Source: Candidatus Olsenella excrementavium
GTDB taxonomy: Bacteria > Actinomycetota > Coriobacteriia > Coriobacteriales > Atopobiaceae
Assembly: GCA_019115965.1 (NCBI GenBank)
Contig: DXCP01000016.1
Coordinates: 6,003-70,002 of the forward strand
Direction of reading: 5' to 3'
Length of the DNA stretch: 64,000 nt
The notes under the pieces were generated by a model, which searched no databases, had not been told where the DNA came from, and was given only the letters and a program-made list of their open reading frames with translations. A program made the translations under genes and the position numbers. Numbering within the stretch: the stretch's first letter is position 1; the number at the start of each line of letters is the position of its first letter. Below are positions 1-10,147 of the stretch, piece by piece.

Positions 1-1
1 C

Positions 2-451
2 CTGATTGCCGCCCTGGGCCAGAGCATCACGAACGTGTTCGTGGCCATCGGCATCCTCGGCTGGCCGAGCATCGCGCGCGTCTTCCGCTCCGCGATCCTC
101 TCGGTCAAGGAGAACGACTACGTCGACGCTGCCCGAGCGATGGGCGCTTCCGACGCGCGCATCATCGCCCGCCACATCTTCCCCAACTCCGTGGCGTCCA
201 TCGTCGTCTACGCGACGATGAACATCGGCTCCGCGATCCTGTCCGAGGCGGCCATCTCCTTCCTCGGCATGGGCGTTCAGCCTCCCAACCCCTCCTGGGG
301 CATCATGATCCAGGACGGTCAGGCCTACCTCATGACGGCTCCCTGGCTCATGATCATGCCGGGTCTCGCGATCCTCTCCACCGTTCTTGCGTTCACGCTG
401 CTCGGTGACGGTCTGCGCGACGCCCTCGACGTCAAGATGAAGGATGCATGA
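2..451 (+). CDS. oppC: Oligopeptide/dipeptide ABC transporter permease (OppC/DppC), 5' truncated by window
   Basis: EAA-like loop (YVDAARAMGAS), LSEAAISFLGMG, PPNPSWG, LGDGLRDALD; overlaps oppD start. Confidence 0.9.
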   Translation: MIAALGQSITNVFVAIGILGWPSIARVFRSAILSVKENDYVDAARAMGASDARIIARHIFPNSVASIVVYATMNIGSAILSEAAISFLGMGVQPPNPSWGIMIQDGQAYLMTAPWLMIMPGLAILSTVLAFTLLGDGLRDALDVKMKDA

Positions 452-1578
452 TGGCAAAGAAGAAGAACGACTACGTCGATCTCAAGGACCAGCCCATCCC
501 CGAGGGGCAGCACCTGCTCGAGGTCGACAACCTCAAGATGTTTTTCCACACCGAGGACGGCGTGGTCAAGGCCGTCAACGGTGTCTCCTACACGCTCGAC
601 CGCGGTGAGACCCTCGGCGTCGTGGGCGAGTCCGGCTCTGGCAAGTCCGTGACGCACATGACCATCATGGGCCTCATCGACATGCCGCCGGGCAAGATCG
701 AGGAGGGCGACGTCCGCTATCGCGGGAAGTCGCTGCTCGAGATGAGCGAGCAGGAGATGCAGCACATCCGCGGCAACGACATCGCCATGATCTTCCAGGA
801 CCCCATGACCTCCCTGAACCCGGTCTATAAGATCGGCCGTCAGGTGGGCGAGGGACTGCGCCTGCACCGCGGCTACTCCAAGAAGGAGGCCCTCGAGCGC
901 GCGACCGAGCTGCTGCGCCTCGTGGGCATCCCGTCCCCCGAGAAGCGCGTCAACGAGTACCCGCACCAGTTCTCCGGCGGCATGCGCCAGCGTGTCATGA
1001 TCGCCATGGCACTGGCCTGCGACCCGGACATCCTCATCGCCGACGAGCCCACCACGGCCCTGGACGTCACCATCCAGGCCCAGATCATCGAGCTCATGAA
1101 GGAGATGCAAGAGAAGAACGGCAACGCCATCATCATGATCACCCACGACCTGGGCGTCGTCGCCGACATGGCCGACAAGATCATGGTCATGTACGCCGGC
1201 CGCCCGGTGGAGTTTGGCACTGCCGACGAGATCTTCTATGAGAGCCGTCACCCCTACACCTGGGGCCTCATCCGCTCGATTCCCGAGCAGGCGATCGACG
1301 AGAAGAAGCCGCTCACGCCGATTCACGGCAACCCGCCCTCGCTCGTGAACCTGCCCTCCGGCTGCCCGTTCGCGCCGAGGTGCCCCTACGCCGTGGACAT
1401 CTGCCACCAGAAGGAGCCCGAGCACATCGTCACCGAGACGGGCCACTACTCGGCCTGCCACTTCGCGGACGACCCCGAGTTCCTCAAGTTCGCGCCCGAT
1501 ACCTCTCGCTCTCGTGGGAAGATCGCCACGGGCATGCCCGACACGCTCGCCGTCGACCCGAAGGGAGGCGAGGCCTAA
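448..1578 (+). CDS. oppD: Oligopeptide ABC transporter ATP-binding protein
   Basis: Walker [30 protein letters not shown]-terminal HPY and Cys cluster. Confidence 0.93.
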   Translation: MMAKKKNDYVDLKDQPIPEGQHLLEVDNLKMFFHTEDGVVKAVNGVSYTLDRGETLGVVGESGSGKSVTHMTIMGLIDMPPGKIEEGDVRYRGKSLLEMSEQEMQHIRGNDIAMIFQDPMTSLNPVYKIGRQVGEGLRLHRGYSKKEALERATELLRLVGIPSPEKRVNEYPHQFSGGMRQRVMIAMALACDPDILIADEPTTALDVTIQAQIIELMKEMQEKNGNAIIMITHDLGVVADMADKIMVMYAGRPVEFGTADEIFYESRHPYTWGLIRSIPEQAIDEKKPLTPIHGNPPSLVNLPSGCPFAPRCPYAVDICHQKEPEHIVTETGHYSACHFADDPEFLKFAPDTSRSRGKIATGMPDTLAVDPKGGEA

Positions 1579-2604
1579 ATGACCGACACCACCAAGGAGC
1601 CTCTGCTCAAGGTCGAGCACCTCTCCAAGGAGTTCCCCGCCGAGTCCGGCATGATCGCCGGCCGCTTCTCCAAGCGCGTCGTCTCGGCCGTCAAGGACGT
1701 CTCGTTCGAGATCTATCCCGGTGAGACCTTTGGCCTGGTCGGCGAGTCCGGCTGCGGCAAGTCCACCACCGGCCGCTCGATCATGCGCCTCACCAACCCC
1801 ACCGCGGGTCATGTGTACTTTGAGGGCAAGGACGTTGCCCAGATGAACAACAAGGAACTCAAGGCCATGCGCCGCGAGATGCAGTTCGTCTTCCAGGACC
1901 CGCAGGCGTCGCTGAACCCCCGTATGACGATCGGCGAGATCGTCTCCGAGCCGATGGTCATCCACGGCATCGGCACCAAGGAGGAGCGCATCGAGCGCGT
2001 TCGCGAGCTTCTCGACGTCGTCGGCCTGAACCCGGAGCACATCAACCGCTACCCGCACGAGTTCTCCGGCGGCCAGCGTCAGCGCATCGGCATCGCCCGC
2101 GCGTTCGCCCTGCGCCCCAAGCTCATCATCTGCGACGAGCCGGTCTCCGCGCTCGACGTCTCGATTCAGGCGCAGGTCCTGAACCTGCTCAAGGACCTCC
2201 AGGACCACTTTGGCACCGCGTACCTGTTCATCGCGCACGACCTCTCCGTGGTCCAGCACATCTCCGACCGCGTGGCCGTGATGTACCTCGGCAAGATCGT
2301 GGAGATCTCCGACTGGAAGACGCTCTACACCGAGCCGCACCACCCCTACACGCAGTCGCTGCTCTCTGCCGTCCCGGTGCCCGACCCGGACGTCCAGAAG
2401 ACCCGCAAGCGTATCATCCTGCCGGGTGACCCGCCCTCGCCGATCGACCCGCCGACCGGATGCCGCTTCCACACGCGCTGCCCGATCGCCAAGGACGTCT
2501 GCTCCCAGGAGCAGCCCGAGCTGCGCGAGGTCGCGCCGGGTCACTTCTGCGCGTGCCACTGCGCGGCTGTGAACCCGATCAAGGAGACCTCGATCGAGCT
2601 GTAG
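1579..2604 (+). CDS. oppF: Oligopeptide ABC transporter ATP-binding protein
   Basis: [36 protein letters not shown]. Confidence 0.93.
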   Translation: MTDTTKEPLLKVEHLSKEFPAESGMIAGRFSKRVVSAVKDVSFEIYPGETFGLVGESGCGKSTTGRSIMRLTNPTAGHVYFEGKDVAQMNNKELKAMRREMQFVFQDPQASLNPRMTIGEIVSEPMVIHGIGTKEERIERVRELLDVVGLNPEHINRYPHEFSGGQRQRIGIARAFALRPKLIICDEPVSALDVSIQAQVLNLLKDLQDHFGTAYLFIAHDLSVVQHISDRVAVMYLGKIVEISDWKTLYTEPHHPYTQSLLSAVPVPDPDVQKTRKRIILPGDPPSPIDPPTGCRFHTRCPIAKDVCSQEQPELREVAPGHFCACHCAAVNPIKETSIEL

Positions 2605-2628
2605 GGCGCACGTTCTTCTCGCCTCTTG

Positions 2629-2661
2629 GTCCCTCGCCGAATCTCGGCGGGGGACTTTTTT
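2629..2661 (+). terminator. Intrinsic terminator of opp operon
   Basis: GTCCCTCGCCGA/TCGGCGGGGGAC stem followed by T6. Confidence 0.75.
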
Positions 2662-2681
2662 CAAAAGAGGAAAATTGGGGC

Positions 2682-2710
2682 TTGCGCGGCTGGGGGGAGT
2701 GGTGCATACT
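2682..2710 (+). promoter_or_regulatory. Sigma70-type promoter of tRNA-Leu
   Basis: TTGCGC-17nt-CATACT. Confidence 0.65.
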
Positions 2711-2737
2711 ATCCCTTGCGCGAAAGCGCAGTGACAA

Positions 2738-2828
2738 GTCGGAGTGGCGGAATTGGCAGACGCGCTAGCTTGAGGTGCTAGTGACTGACTAAAAGGTCGT
2801 GCGGGTTCAAGTCCCGCCTCCGACACCA
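2738..2828 (+). tRNA. tRNA-Leu(GAG)
   Basis: Cloverleaf, anticodon arm CTAGC-TTGAGGT-GCTAG, long variable arm, GTTCAAGTC, encoded CCA. Confidence 0.95.
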
Positions 2829-2836
2829 CGAAAGCA

Positions 2837-2862
2837 GACGGACCCCGAGAGGGGTCCGTTTT
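2837..2862 (+). terminator. Terminator after tRNA-Leu
   Basis: GACGGACCCC-GAGA-GGGGTCCGTT then T run. Confidence 0.75.
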
Positions 2863-2877
2863 CGTATGCAGCGTTTG

Positions 2878-3097
2878 TCCGGGAATCCCTGCTCTTGTCT
2901 CGAGCTGTTCTAGAAATCGCCGCACTTGTTTGGCGAGAAGGACCTCGGATCGGACAAACCCCTTGATTTTCGGGTTAATTCTCGCCAAGGCTCCTCGTTT
3001 TTAGACGCGCTGGCTGAAAGTCGGGATTTCCTGGAGCGCCCGGCGGCAAGGGGGACGATTTTTAGAGCATCTCATGACAAGGGTGGCGATTCCAAGA
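2878..3097. repeat. Family B palindromic array, orphan copy B1 (2 forward + 5 inverted 22-bp units)
   Basis: Units like TCTAGAAATCGCCGCACTTGTT and GACAAGGGTGGCGATTCCAAGA, 9-bp spacers, 22-bp centre 2931-2952; one unit is 21 bp and degenerate. Confidence 0.85.
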
Positions 3098-3170
3098 AAG
3101 CCGCCCCAACGACGCTTCCCCGCGCGGCCGTGGTACGCTAACCGAGAAGGACCGCAGGAAGGGGGCGGAC

Positions 3171-5426
3171 ATGGCACAGCGCGGGCTCAGCAGGCGCGTC
3201 GAGGGCATCGGCGAGGGAAGCGTCGTCGGTACGCTCTCAAAGCTGCTGCAGCTCACCTGCGAGGCCGTGCTCGTCTTTGACGGCTCCGGGCGCGTGCTGC
3301 TCGCCAACGAGGAGGCCTCGGAACTCTTCAGCGCCCCCGCAGGACTCGTCGGCACCGACGTCCGCCTGCTCTTTCCCTCCTCGGACGCAGATGCCTCCCT
3401 CGGGCCCTTCTCGCCCGAGGCCCTGCCCTTCCCGGTGGACGGGACGGCGGCCAAGACGACCTGCGCCTCTGCTACAGGCCGACCCGTCGCGATGCGCGTA
3501 CGCTGCGACACCGTGCGCGCACCGGGTGAGACGTACCTCCTGCTGGCGCTCCCCATGGAGGCCACCGAGCTCGCGGACCGCGAGACCGAACGGATGCTCG
3601 AGGACCTGCGGCGGGCAAACCACCGGCTCTCGGGTACGCTGAACATCGTCCTGGACACCATCGACGCGGATGACCTACAGGCGCTCTTTGGTCGCGTGCT
3701 CGAGGAGATCACGGAGACCATGGAGGCGGACGGCACCCTCGTCTACCTCTCCGAGTCGGACGGCTTCAGGCTGCGCGGCGTCTCGAGCTCGATCCTGGAC
3801 GACCGGCCGGCACGCTTCATGCCGTTCGGACGCAGCATCGAGCGCGTTGCGGTGCGTGACGGCAGGACCATGCGTCTTCGCGTGGTGGCGCCGGACGCGG
3901 ACTCGCTGCGTCAGGGACGCCTCACGACGCGAGACGTCGTGAACGAGGAGACCCATGAGATGCTTCGCGTGAGATCCTCCATGCTGCCGCCCTTCACGAG
4001 CTTCATGGTGGTGCCCGTGTGGTTTGGCGGCCACGTCATCGCGATCATCGAGGTGGGGTGGCGGCGGCTGCACCCGCTGCCCAAGGAGGACGCCCGACTG
4101 CTCGACTCGGTCGCCCATTACCTCTCCGTCCAGCTCGCGAGTGCCTTCACCGCGCTCAGGTCCCAGCGCGCCGACCAGCTCGCCTCGTTCGAGACCGAGC
4201 TGCGCGAGGAGCTGCTCGACGCCGCGACCGCTGGCGCGGAGGAGGGAACCCTCGAGCACCTGGGCGACGTCCTGCGCGAGGTAGCCGATGAGCTCGACGC
4301 GGCGCTCGTCAGGGTGGGCGAGGGGGGCGACGAGGGCCTCATCGTCGCGGACCTGCCGCTCAACGGCCCCCGGGAGCTCCCGGTGCGTCTGGGCGCGCTC
4401 ACGGGGCCCCACGAGACCGACGGGGTTGCCGTGGTGCCGATACCGCCCGAGTCCGATCTCTCCGTCATGCTGCGCGAGCTGGGGGAGCCGTGCGTCGGCG
4501 CGCTTCTCGACCTGGGCGAGCCCGTGGGCGCGCGACGCTTTGCGATGCTGCTGCGCCCGGACGGTGCCGAGCCCCTCGACGAGCTCGAGGAGGAGTTTCT
4601 TGCGGACCTCGCCGTGGACGTGCGCGACATCGTTCGTGGCGAGGAGGCGCGCGAGCAGGACAAGCGCATCGCGCAGGCGCTGCAGACCGGGATGAGGAAC
4701 GAGCTTCAGGACGTCGACGGCATCACCGCCGAGGCTGTCTATTCCTCTGCTACGGCAACGGCCTCGGTCGGCGGCGACTTCTACGACCTGATCCGTCTGC
4801 CGGGCCGTCGTGCCTGCGTCATCATGGGCGACGTCTCGGGCAAGGGGGTCGAGGCGGCCTCGGTCTCGGCTGCCGTGAAGACGGCGCTCGGCGCCTATGC
4901 CTGGGAGGGCCTCGCGCCCGCCCGGATGGTGCGCGCGCTCAACGAGTTCCTGCTTGGGTTCTCGCGTCTCGAGACCTTCGCGACGCTCTTCGTGGGCCTG
5001 ATCGACCTCGCCGAGGGTACGATCCGCTACTGCTCGGCGGGCCATCCGCCCGCCCTGATGGTGAGCGCGGACGCCCGTCAGATCTCTGCCCTCGACGTGC
5101 AGTCCGGCGTGGTGGGCGCCTTCCACGACATCGCGTACCAGGACGGCCTCGCCCAGCTCGCCGAGGGGGACGTCCTGCTGCTCTACACCGACGGCACGAC
5201 GGAGGCGCGCGACGAGCACGGGGCCTTCTTCGGGGAGGACGGCCTTCGCGAGGCGGTGATGCGGGAGTCCGCGGACGGAAAGAGCTTCGAGGGCTTTGTG
5301 GGCCGCCTGCTGGGCACGCTCGACGACTTCACCGGCAACCGACTCGAGGACGACGTCGCCATGGTCGCCCTGCGCTTCGACGAGATCGGCGCGACGACCG
5401 CCGAGAAGGACGGCGCGGGACGTTAG
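3171..5426 (+). CDS. SpoIIE/RsbU-family PP2C phosphatase with N-terminal PAS-like and GAF domains
   Basis: VGGDFYD, GDVSGKG, FATL, AGHP, YTDG, DDVA motifs. Confidence 0.9.
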   Translation: MAQRGLSRRVEGIGEGSVVGTLSKLLQLTCEAVLVFDGSGRVLLANEEASELFSAPAGLVGTDVRLLFPSSDADASLGPFSPEALPFPVDGTAAKTTCASATGRPVAMRVRCDTVRAPGETYLLLALPMEATELADRETERMLEDLRRANHRLSGTLNIVLDTIDADDLQALFGRVLEEITETMEADGTLVYLSESDGFRLRGVSSSILDDRPARFMPFGRSIERVAVRDGRTMRLRVVAPDADSLRQGRLTTRDVVNEETHEMLRVRSSMLPPFTSFMVVPVWFGGHVIAIIEVGWRRLHPLPKEDARLLDSVAHYLSVQLASAFTALRSQRADQLASFETELREELLDAATAGAEEGTLEHLGDVLREVADELDAALVRVGEGGDEGLIVADLPLNGPRELPVRLGALTGPHETDGVAVVPIPPESDLSVMLRELGEPCVGALLDLGEPVGARRFAMLLRPDGAEPLDELEEEFLADLAVDVRDIVRGEEAREQDKRIAQALQTGMRNELQDVDGITAEAVYSSATATASVGGDFYDLIRLPGRRACVIMGDVSGKGVEAASVSAAVKTALGAYAWEGLAPARMVRALNEFLLGFSRLETFATLFVGLIDLAEGTIRYCSAGHPPALMVSADARQISALDVQSGVVGAFHDIAYQDGLAQLAEGDVLLLYTDGTTEARDEHGAFFGEDGLREAVMRESADGKSFEGFVGRLLGTLDDFTGNRLEDDVAMVALRFDEIGATTAEKDGAGR

Positions 5427-5456
5427 GCGTGCGGTCGCGTGGGGAATAAGGACCAC

Positions 5457-6209
5457 ATGTCCTCGAGTGTCAACATAGCGATGGTCCCTGTCGAGGGCGA
5501 CCTTGACGTCACGACGGTCTCCGCCGTGAGACGTCGCATCGACCGGCTCGTCTCGGCGGGCTGTCGACGCATCTTCGTGAACATGGCGGACGTGGGATAC
5601 GTGGATTCGGCTGGCCTGGGCCTCATCCTCACGGAGCTGCGCCGCATGCGCGACCGTGGGGGGCTGCTCTCTCTCATCAACGTGTCCGATCAGGTCTACC
5701 TCGCGCTGCGGCGCATGCGCATGCTCGACTACATGCCCGTCCGCCGCGCGCAGGCGCGGCCGCGCGTCACGAGCCTCGACCCGTCGGTGCTCCCGCTGCG
5801 GCGCATGACGCTGCGGGTCGACGCCGCCGCCCTCTCCGAGGCCCGCAATCGCGTGGGAGAGCTCCTGTCCACGTTGCCCTTCTCGGCCGACGAGGTCTTT
5901 GACATAACGCTCGCCTGCGGCGAGGCCCTCGGTAACGCCGTGGACCACACGTGCGAGGGCGGCGTGCTCGTCACCGTGGTGGCGTACCCGGACCGAGTCG
6001 TCGTAGAGGTCTCCGACTGCGGCTGCGGCTTCGAGGTCGCGGACGACGAGGAGCTGCCCGAGACGGGTGCCTTTGCCGAGCGCGGCCGCGGCATCCGCCT
6101 TATGCGGCTGCTCGTGGACTCCGTGAGCATCTCGCTCAAGCGGACGGGCGAGGGCACGGTGGTTCGTCTCGTCAAGTTGGTGCGTCCCGAGACGCAGGGG
6201 GTGGCGTGA
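5457..6209 (+). CDS. Fused STAS anti-anti-sigma (RsbV-like) and HATPase anti-sigma kinase (RsbW-like)
   Basis: GDLD...YVDSAGLG STAS motif; EALGNAVDH, DCGCGF, ERGRGI GHKL motifs. Confidence 0.85.
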   Translation: MSSSVNIAMVPVEGDLDVTTVSAVRRRIDRLVSAGCRRIFVNMADVGYVDSAGLGLILTELRRMRDRGGLLSLINVSDQVYLALRRMRMLDYMPVRRAQARPRVTSLDPSVLPLRRMTLRVDAAALSEARNRVGELLSTLPFSADEVFDITLACGEALGNAVDHTCEGGVLVTVVAYPDRVVVEVSDCGCGFEVADDEELPETGAFAERGRGIRLMRLLVDSVSISLKRTGEGTVVRLVKLVRPETQGVA

Positions 6210-6258
6210 GGCGGACGCTGCGCCTTCACGATTTCTTCATCTATGTGCGGAATGAGGC

Positions 6259-6287
6259 TTGCGCCGTCGTGGCGCGGCCCGTATAGT
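6259..6287 (+). promoter_or_regulatory. Promoter of tRNA-Gly/tRNA-Cys
   Basis: TTGCGC-17nt-TATAGT. Confidence 0.7.
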
Positions 6288-6300
6288 ATTCTCTGCTTTT

Positions 6301-6376
6301 GCGGGCTTAGCGCAGTTGGTAGCGCGCAACCTTGCCAAGGTTGAGGTCGCGGGTTCGAACCTCGTAGCCCGCTCCA
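6301..6376 (+). tRNA. tRNA-Gly(GCC)
   Basis: Anticodon arm CAACC-TTGCCAA-GGTTG, TTCGAAC loop, CCA end. Confidence 0.96.
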
Positions 6377-6413
6377 TGAAGCTCCGGGCCGAGCCTCTCG
6401 GCCTTTTTCATAC

Positions 6414-6487
6414 GGCGAAGTGGCCAAGTGGTAAGGCACGGGCCTGCAAAGCCCTGACCCCCGGTTCGAATCCGGGCTTCGCCTCCA
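6414..6487 (+). tRNA. tRNA-Cys(GCA)
   Basis: Acceptor GGCGAAG/CTTCGCC, anticodon loop CTGCAAA, TCCA end. Confidence 0.95.
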
Positions 6488-6496
6488 GACTGTGAC

Positions 6497-6521
6497 GGGC
6501 GCCCTCCGGGGCGCCCTTTTT
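6497..6521 (+). terminator. Terminator after tRNA-Cys
   Basis: GGGCGCCC stem and T5. Confidence 0.7.
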
Positions 6522-6563
6522 GTGCGCTCTCCTCCGCCTGCCCCACACGCCTAGCCCCCTACA

Positions 6564-6635
6564 CGCAGACCGTCGGTTTTGACGCCTTGTCGGTCGGATT
6601 TTATGGTTGCGAACGGTAATAAGCGACAGTTTGCG
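6564..6635. repeat. Family G spaced inverted repeat, copy 1
   Basis: CGCAGACCGTCG...CGACAGTTTGCG; same 68-bp core span as 52741-52808. Confidence 0.6.
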
Positions 6636-6705
6636 CTGAGAGGGATATTGAGGGGCAGGGCAGGGGCGGGCGAGAAGAACGTGGCGCTGCGACGCAAATT
6701 CTCGC

Positions 6706-6734
6706 TTGCGCTCGGGCGGCTCTTCCCGTATAGT
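6706..6734 (+). promoter_or_regulatory. Promoter of second tRNA-Gly
   Basis: TTGCGC-17nt-TATAGT. Confidence 0.7.
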
Positions 6735-6747
6735 TACTCCTTGCGTC

Positions 6748-6823
6748 GCGGGCTTAGCGCAGTTGGTAGCGCGCAACCTTGCCAAGGTTGAGGTCGCGGG
6801 TTCGAACCCCGTAGCCCGCTCCA
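6748..6823 (+). tRNA. tRNA-Gly(GCC), second copy
   Basis: Identical to 6301-6376 except one T-stem base. Confidence 0.96.
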
Positions 6824-6833
6824 GAAACTCTCG

Positions 6834-6860
6834 AGGGCCGGTCTTTTGACCGGCCCTTTT
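6834..6860 (+). terminator. Terminator after tRNA-Gly
   Basis: AGGGCCGGTC-TTTT-GACCGGCCCT-TTT. Confidence 0.75.
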
Positions 6861-6909
6861 GCTATGCTTGTCGAGCGTTCTTGCCGTCTTCCAAGGAGTC
6901 GCTGAGCAC

Positions 6910-7887
6910 ATGTTCCTCTCCCTCATCTTCGTGGTGTTCCTCTTTGCCGTGATACAGGGGTTCGTGCGCGTGGTCGTCTTCTTCTGGGAGTGGCTCTCGC
7001 GCGGCGACCGCCTGGGCGAGGAGCAGGTCGAGCTCGCCGAGAGCGCGCTGGAGGAGTCCGAGGACGTCCTCGAGCGCGAGCTTGCCCGGGCGGAGCGCAA
7101 GCGCGGTCTGGGCCGCATCTTCGCCCGCTGGCACGCCTCGAACGAGGCGATCGACGAGTACCTCGACCACCTTCGTCTTGGCTGGTACCAGGCGGTCATC
7201 ATCTTCTTTCTCGGCTCGATGGCGGGGCTTCTCATCGAGGAGGTATGGATGCTCGTGAGCGCGGGCCTCACCGAGAGCCGCGTCGGCCTCGTGTGGGGGC
7301 CCTTCTCGCCCCTCTACGGCCTGGGGGCGGTCCTGCTCACCTGGCTGAGCTTCTTCCTCCGCTCCCGTGGTGCCGCCGGCTGGCAGGTGTTTCTCGTCTC
7401 CGCGGTCGTGGGCGGGGCGCTCGAGCAGTTTGCGGGCTGGTCCATGTCCACGTTCTTCGACGCCGAGTCCTGGACCTATCTGCACCTGCCCGACCACATC
7501 ACGCAGTGGGTGGCCTGGCGCTTCCTGGCGGCCTGGGGCGTGCTGGGGCTGGTGTGGTGCCGCGCCGTCATGCCGCGCCTGCTCTACCAGATCGGCATGC
7601 CCACCACGCGGCGCCAGGCGGTCTTCGTGACGCTCGTGGCGGTGTATCTGGTGGCCGACGTGGCCATGACGCTCGCGTGCTTTGACCGCAAGGCGGAGCG
7701 CGACGCCGGCGAGCCGCCCTCCAACGCCTTCGAGCAGTGGGTGGACACCAACTACAACGACGAGTTCATCTCAAGCCGCTTTGAGAACCTCAAGATCGGT
7801 GGGGAGCGGGACCTGGTGGACGCGGACGGCAACATCGTCCTGGACGAGAGCGGCAGGGCCGTGACCAGAGGAGGCGAGGGAGCGTGA
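6910..7887 (+). CDS. Membrane protein, putative ABC transporter permease (DUF1113/CmpB-like)
   Basis: GPFSPLYG, LEQFAG, WTY, WGVLG motifs; several TM segments; start chosen by RBS AAGGAG. Confidence 0.7.
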   Translation: MFLSLIFVVFLFAVIQGFVRVVVFFWEWLSRGDRLGEEQVELAESALEESEDVLERELARAERKRGLGRIFARWHASNEAIDEYLDHLRLGWYQAVIIFFLGSMAGLLIEEVWMLVSAGLTESRVGLVWGPFSPLYGLGAVLLTWLSFFLRSRGAAGWQVFLVSAVVGGALEQFAGWSMSTFFDAESWTYLHLPDHITQWVAWRFLAAWGVLGLVWCRAVMPRLLYQIGMPTTRRQAVFVTLVAVYLVADVAMTLACFDRKAERDAGEPPSNAFEQWVDTNYNDEFISSRFENLKIGGERDLVDADGNIVLDESGRAVTRGGEGA

Positions 7888-9083
7888 CCCAGCGCGAGGT
7901 CTATCTGGACTACGCCGCGGCGACGCCGGTCGACCCGGAGGTCGCCGAGGCGATGCTGCCATACCTCACGGAGCGCTTCTGGAACCCGTCGGCGCCCTAC
8001 GCGCACGCCCGCGAGGTGCGCGACGACGTGGAGCGCGCCCGTGGCACCGTGGCGCGCCTCATCGGGGCCCGTCCCGACTGCCTCACGTTCACCGCAGGCG
8101 CGACCGAGGCAAACAACCTCGCCTTCGCGGCGGTGGAGGGCCATGTGGTGGTTGACGCCATCGAGCACGAGAGCGTGCTCGCCTGCGCCGGCACGCACGC
8201 GCGCCGTACGGTGCGCGTGGGGTCTGACGGCCTGGTGGACCCGGCGGTGGTGGCGCGTGCGATCCGGCCGGACACTGAGCTCGTCTCCGTCGAGCTCGCC
8301 AACGGGGAGATCGGCTGCGTGCAGCCCGTGCGCGAGATTTCTCGCGTGGTGGCGACGGAGCGGGCGCGCCGGCTCGAGGCGGGGGAGGACACCCCCATCT
8401 TCCTGCACTCGGATGCCTCACAGGCGGCCGGAGTGCTCTCCGTGAACGTGGCGACGCTCGGCGTGGACCTGCTCACGCTCTCCGCCGCAAAGATCTACGG
8501 ACCCAAGCAGGTGGGCGTGCTCTGGGCCTCCGAGGACGTGCGGCTGCGTCCGCTCGTCTACGGCGGCGGCCAGGAGGGAGGCGTGCGCTCGGGCACGGAG
8601 AACGTGGCGGGCATCGTGGGCCTTGCGCGGGCGCTCGAGCTCGCCTGCGAGCGACGGGGTGACCAGAGCCGCAGGCTCGCGGCTCTGCGCGAGCGGCTGC
8701 GCGAGGGAATTCTCGCCCGCGTGCCGTCCGCCGTAGTCTCCGGGCCCAGAAACCCCAAGCGGCGGCTGCCGGGGCTCCTGCACGTCTCCTTCGCCGGCGT
8801 GGAGGCGCGCCGTCTGGTGATCGCGCTCGAGCGTGCGGGCGTCTCGGCGGGTACGGGCTCTGCCTGTGCGGCCAGTCGCATGCGCGTGAGCCACGTGCTG
8901 GAGGCGATCGGCATGCCGCGCGCCCTCGCGGAGGGGAGCCTGCGTCTCACGCTGGGGCGCGGCATCACCGAGGAGGACGTGGACTACGCCGCGGGTGCCA
9001 TCGCGGATGCCGTGCGTGCGGAGATGGGTCGCACGGGTCTGGACGACGCGGGCATGGCGGCGCTCGCCGGAGGCTGGCGCTGA
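7884..9083 (+). CDS. iscS: Cysteine desulfurase (IscS/NifS family)
   Basis: YLDYAAATP, SAAKIYGPK PLP Lys, RSGTEN, GSAC catalytic Cys. Confidence 0.9.
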   Translation: MTQREVYLDYAAATPVDPEVAEAMLPYLTERFWNPSAPYAHAREVRDDVERARGTVARLIGARPDCLTFTAGATEANNLAFAAVEGHVVVDAIEHESVLACAGTHARRTVRVGSDGLVDPAVVARAIRPDTELVSVELANGEIGCVQPVREISRVVATERARRLEAGEDTPIFLHSDASQAAGVLSVNVATLGVDLLTLSAAKIYGPKQVGVLWASEDVRLRPLVYGGGQEGGVRSGTENVAGIVGLARALELACERRGDQSRRLAALRERLREGILARVPSAVVSGPRNPKRRLPGLLHVSFAGVEARRLVIALERAGVSAGTGSACAASRMRVSHVLEAIGMPRALAEGSLRLTLGRGITEEDVDYAAGAIADAVRAEMGRTGLDDAGMAALAGGWR

Positions 9084-10147
9084 TGGCGCGGGTCTACTGC
9101 GGTCTCTCCGGTGGCGTGGACTCCGCGCTGGCGACGGCGCTGCTCGTAGAGGAAGGGCACGACGTCACAGCCGTCTACATGCGCAACTGGTCGCGCGATC
9201 TGCCGGGCTTCAAGTGCCCGTGGGCACGTGAGCTCGCGGACGCGGAGCGCGTGGCGGTGACGCTGGGAATCGACCTCGAGGTCTGGGACTGCGAGGCCGA
9301 GTACAAGGCCACCGTGGTGGACTATCTGGTGGACGCCTACGCGCACGGCTACACGCCCAACCCGGACGTCATGTGCAACCAGACCGTGAAGTTCGGGACG
9401 TTCCTCGAGCGGGCGCTCGCGGCGGGGGCGGACTACGTGGCCACGGGCCACTACGGACGCGTGGCGCGCGGCGATGACGGGCACGTCCGCCTGTTGCGCG
9501 CGCTCGACGAGCACAAGGACCAGACGTACTTTCTCTGGCGTGTGGGGGAGGAGGCCCTCGCGCGCACGCTCCTTCCCGTGGGCGAGATACGCGACAAGGC
9601 CAAGGTGCGCTGCATGTGCGCGGAGCGCGGCCTGGGCGTGGAGAACAAGCCGGACTCCGACGGCATCTGCTTCGTGGGCCCGGTGGGCATCCGGACGTTC
9701 CTGCTCGACACGCTGGAGCGCCGCGCGGGTGATGTGGTGGAGTGGGAGACCGGTCGCGTGCTCGGCCGGCATGACGGTGCCTTCCTCTTCACGGTGGGGC
9801 AGCGGCGCGGCCTGGACCTGGGCGGTGGCCCGGCCCGCTACGTCGTGGACACGGACGTCGAGAAGAACGTGGTGTACGTGACGGCCGACCATGACAGCCC
9901 GGCGCTCTTCACGCACGAAGTGGCGCTCGACGACGTGCGCTGGATCTCCGGGGAGGCGCCGGCGGCCGGCCGCTATCTCGTACGAACGCGCCACACGGGC
10001 GAGCTGCGAGGGGCGGAGCTCGACGGCACCGTGTTGCGCTTCGAAGAACCGGTGCGCCGCGTGGCCCCCGGCCAGTCTGCGGTGCTCTACGATGGGGTCC
10101 GCTGCCTCGGCGGTGGCATCGTGCTGAAGGGGGATCCATGTCGATAG
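9083..10147 (+). CDS. mnmA: tRNA-specific 2-thiouridylase
   Basis: SGGVDS, PNPDVMCN, ATGHY, KDQTYFL, DSDGICF. Confidence 0.95.
   Translation: MARVYCGLSGGVDSALATALLVEEGHDVTAVYMRNWSRDLPGFKCPWARELADAERVAVTLGIDLEVWDCEAEYKATVVDYLVDAYAHGYTPNPDVMCNQTVKFGTFLERALAAGADYVATGHYGRVARGDDGHVRLLRALDEHKDQTYFLWRVGEEALARTLLPVGEIRDKAKVRCMCAERGLGVENKPDSDGICFVGPVGIRTFLLDTLERRAGDVVEWETGRVLGRHDGAFLFTVGQRRGLDLGGGPARYVVDTDVEKNVVYVTADHDSPALFTHEVALDDVRWISGEAPAAGRYLVRTRHTGELRGAELDGTVLRFEEPVRRVAPGQSAVLYDGVRCLGGGIVLKGDPCR

Noticed and set aside
325-2988. Long antisense ORFs (also 3675-5948, 47554-49527, 52388-55819, 57910-60282 and others)
   Set aside because: Shadow frames of well-supported genes in high-GC DNA, with no motifs
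6301-6823. Duplicated tRNA-Gly as attL/attR of an integrated element
   Set aside because: Both copies are full length with their own promoters, only tRNA-Cys lies between them, and there is no integrase
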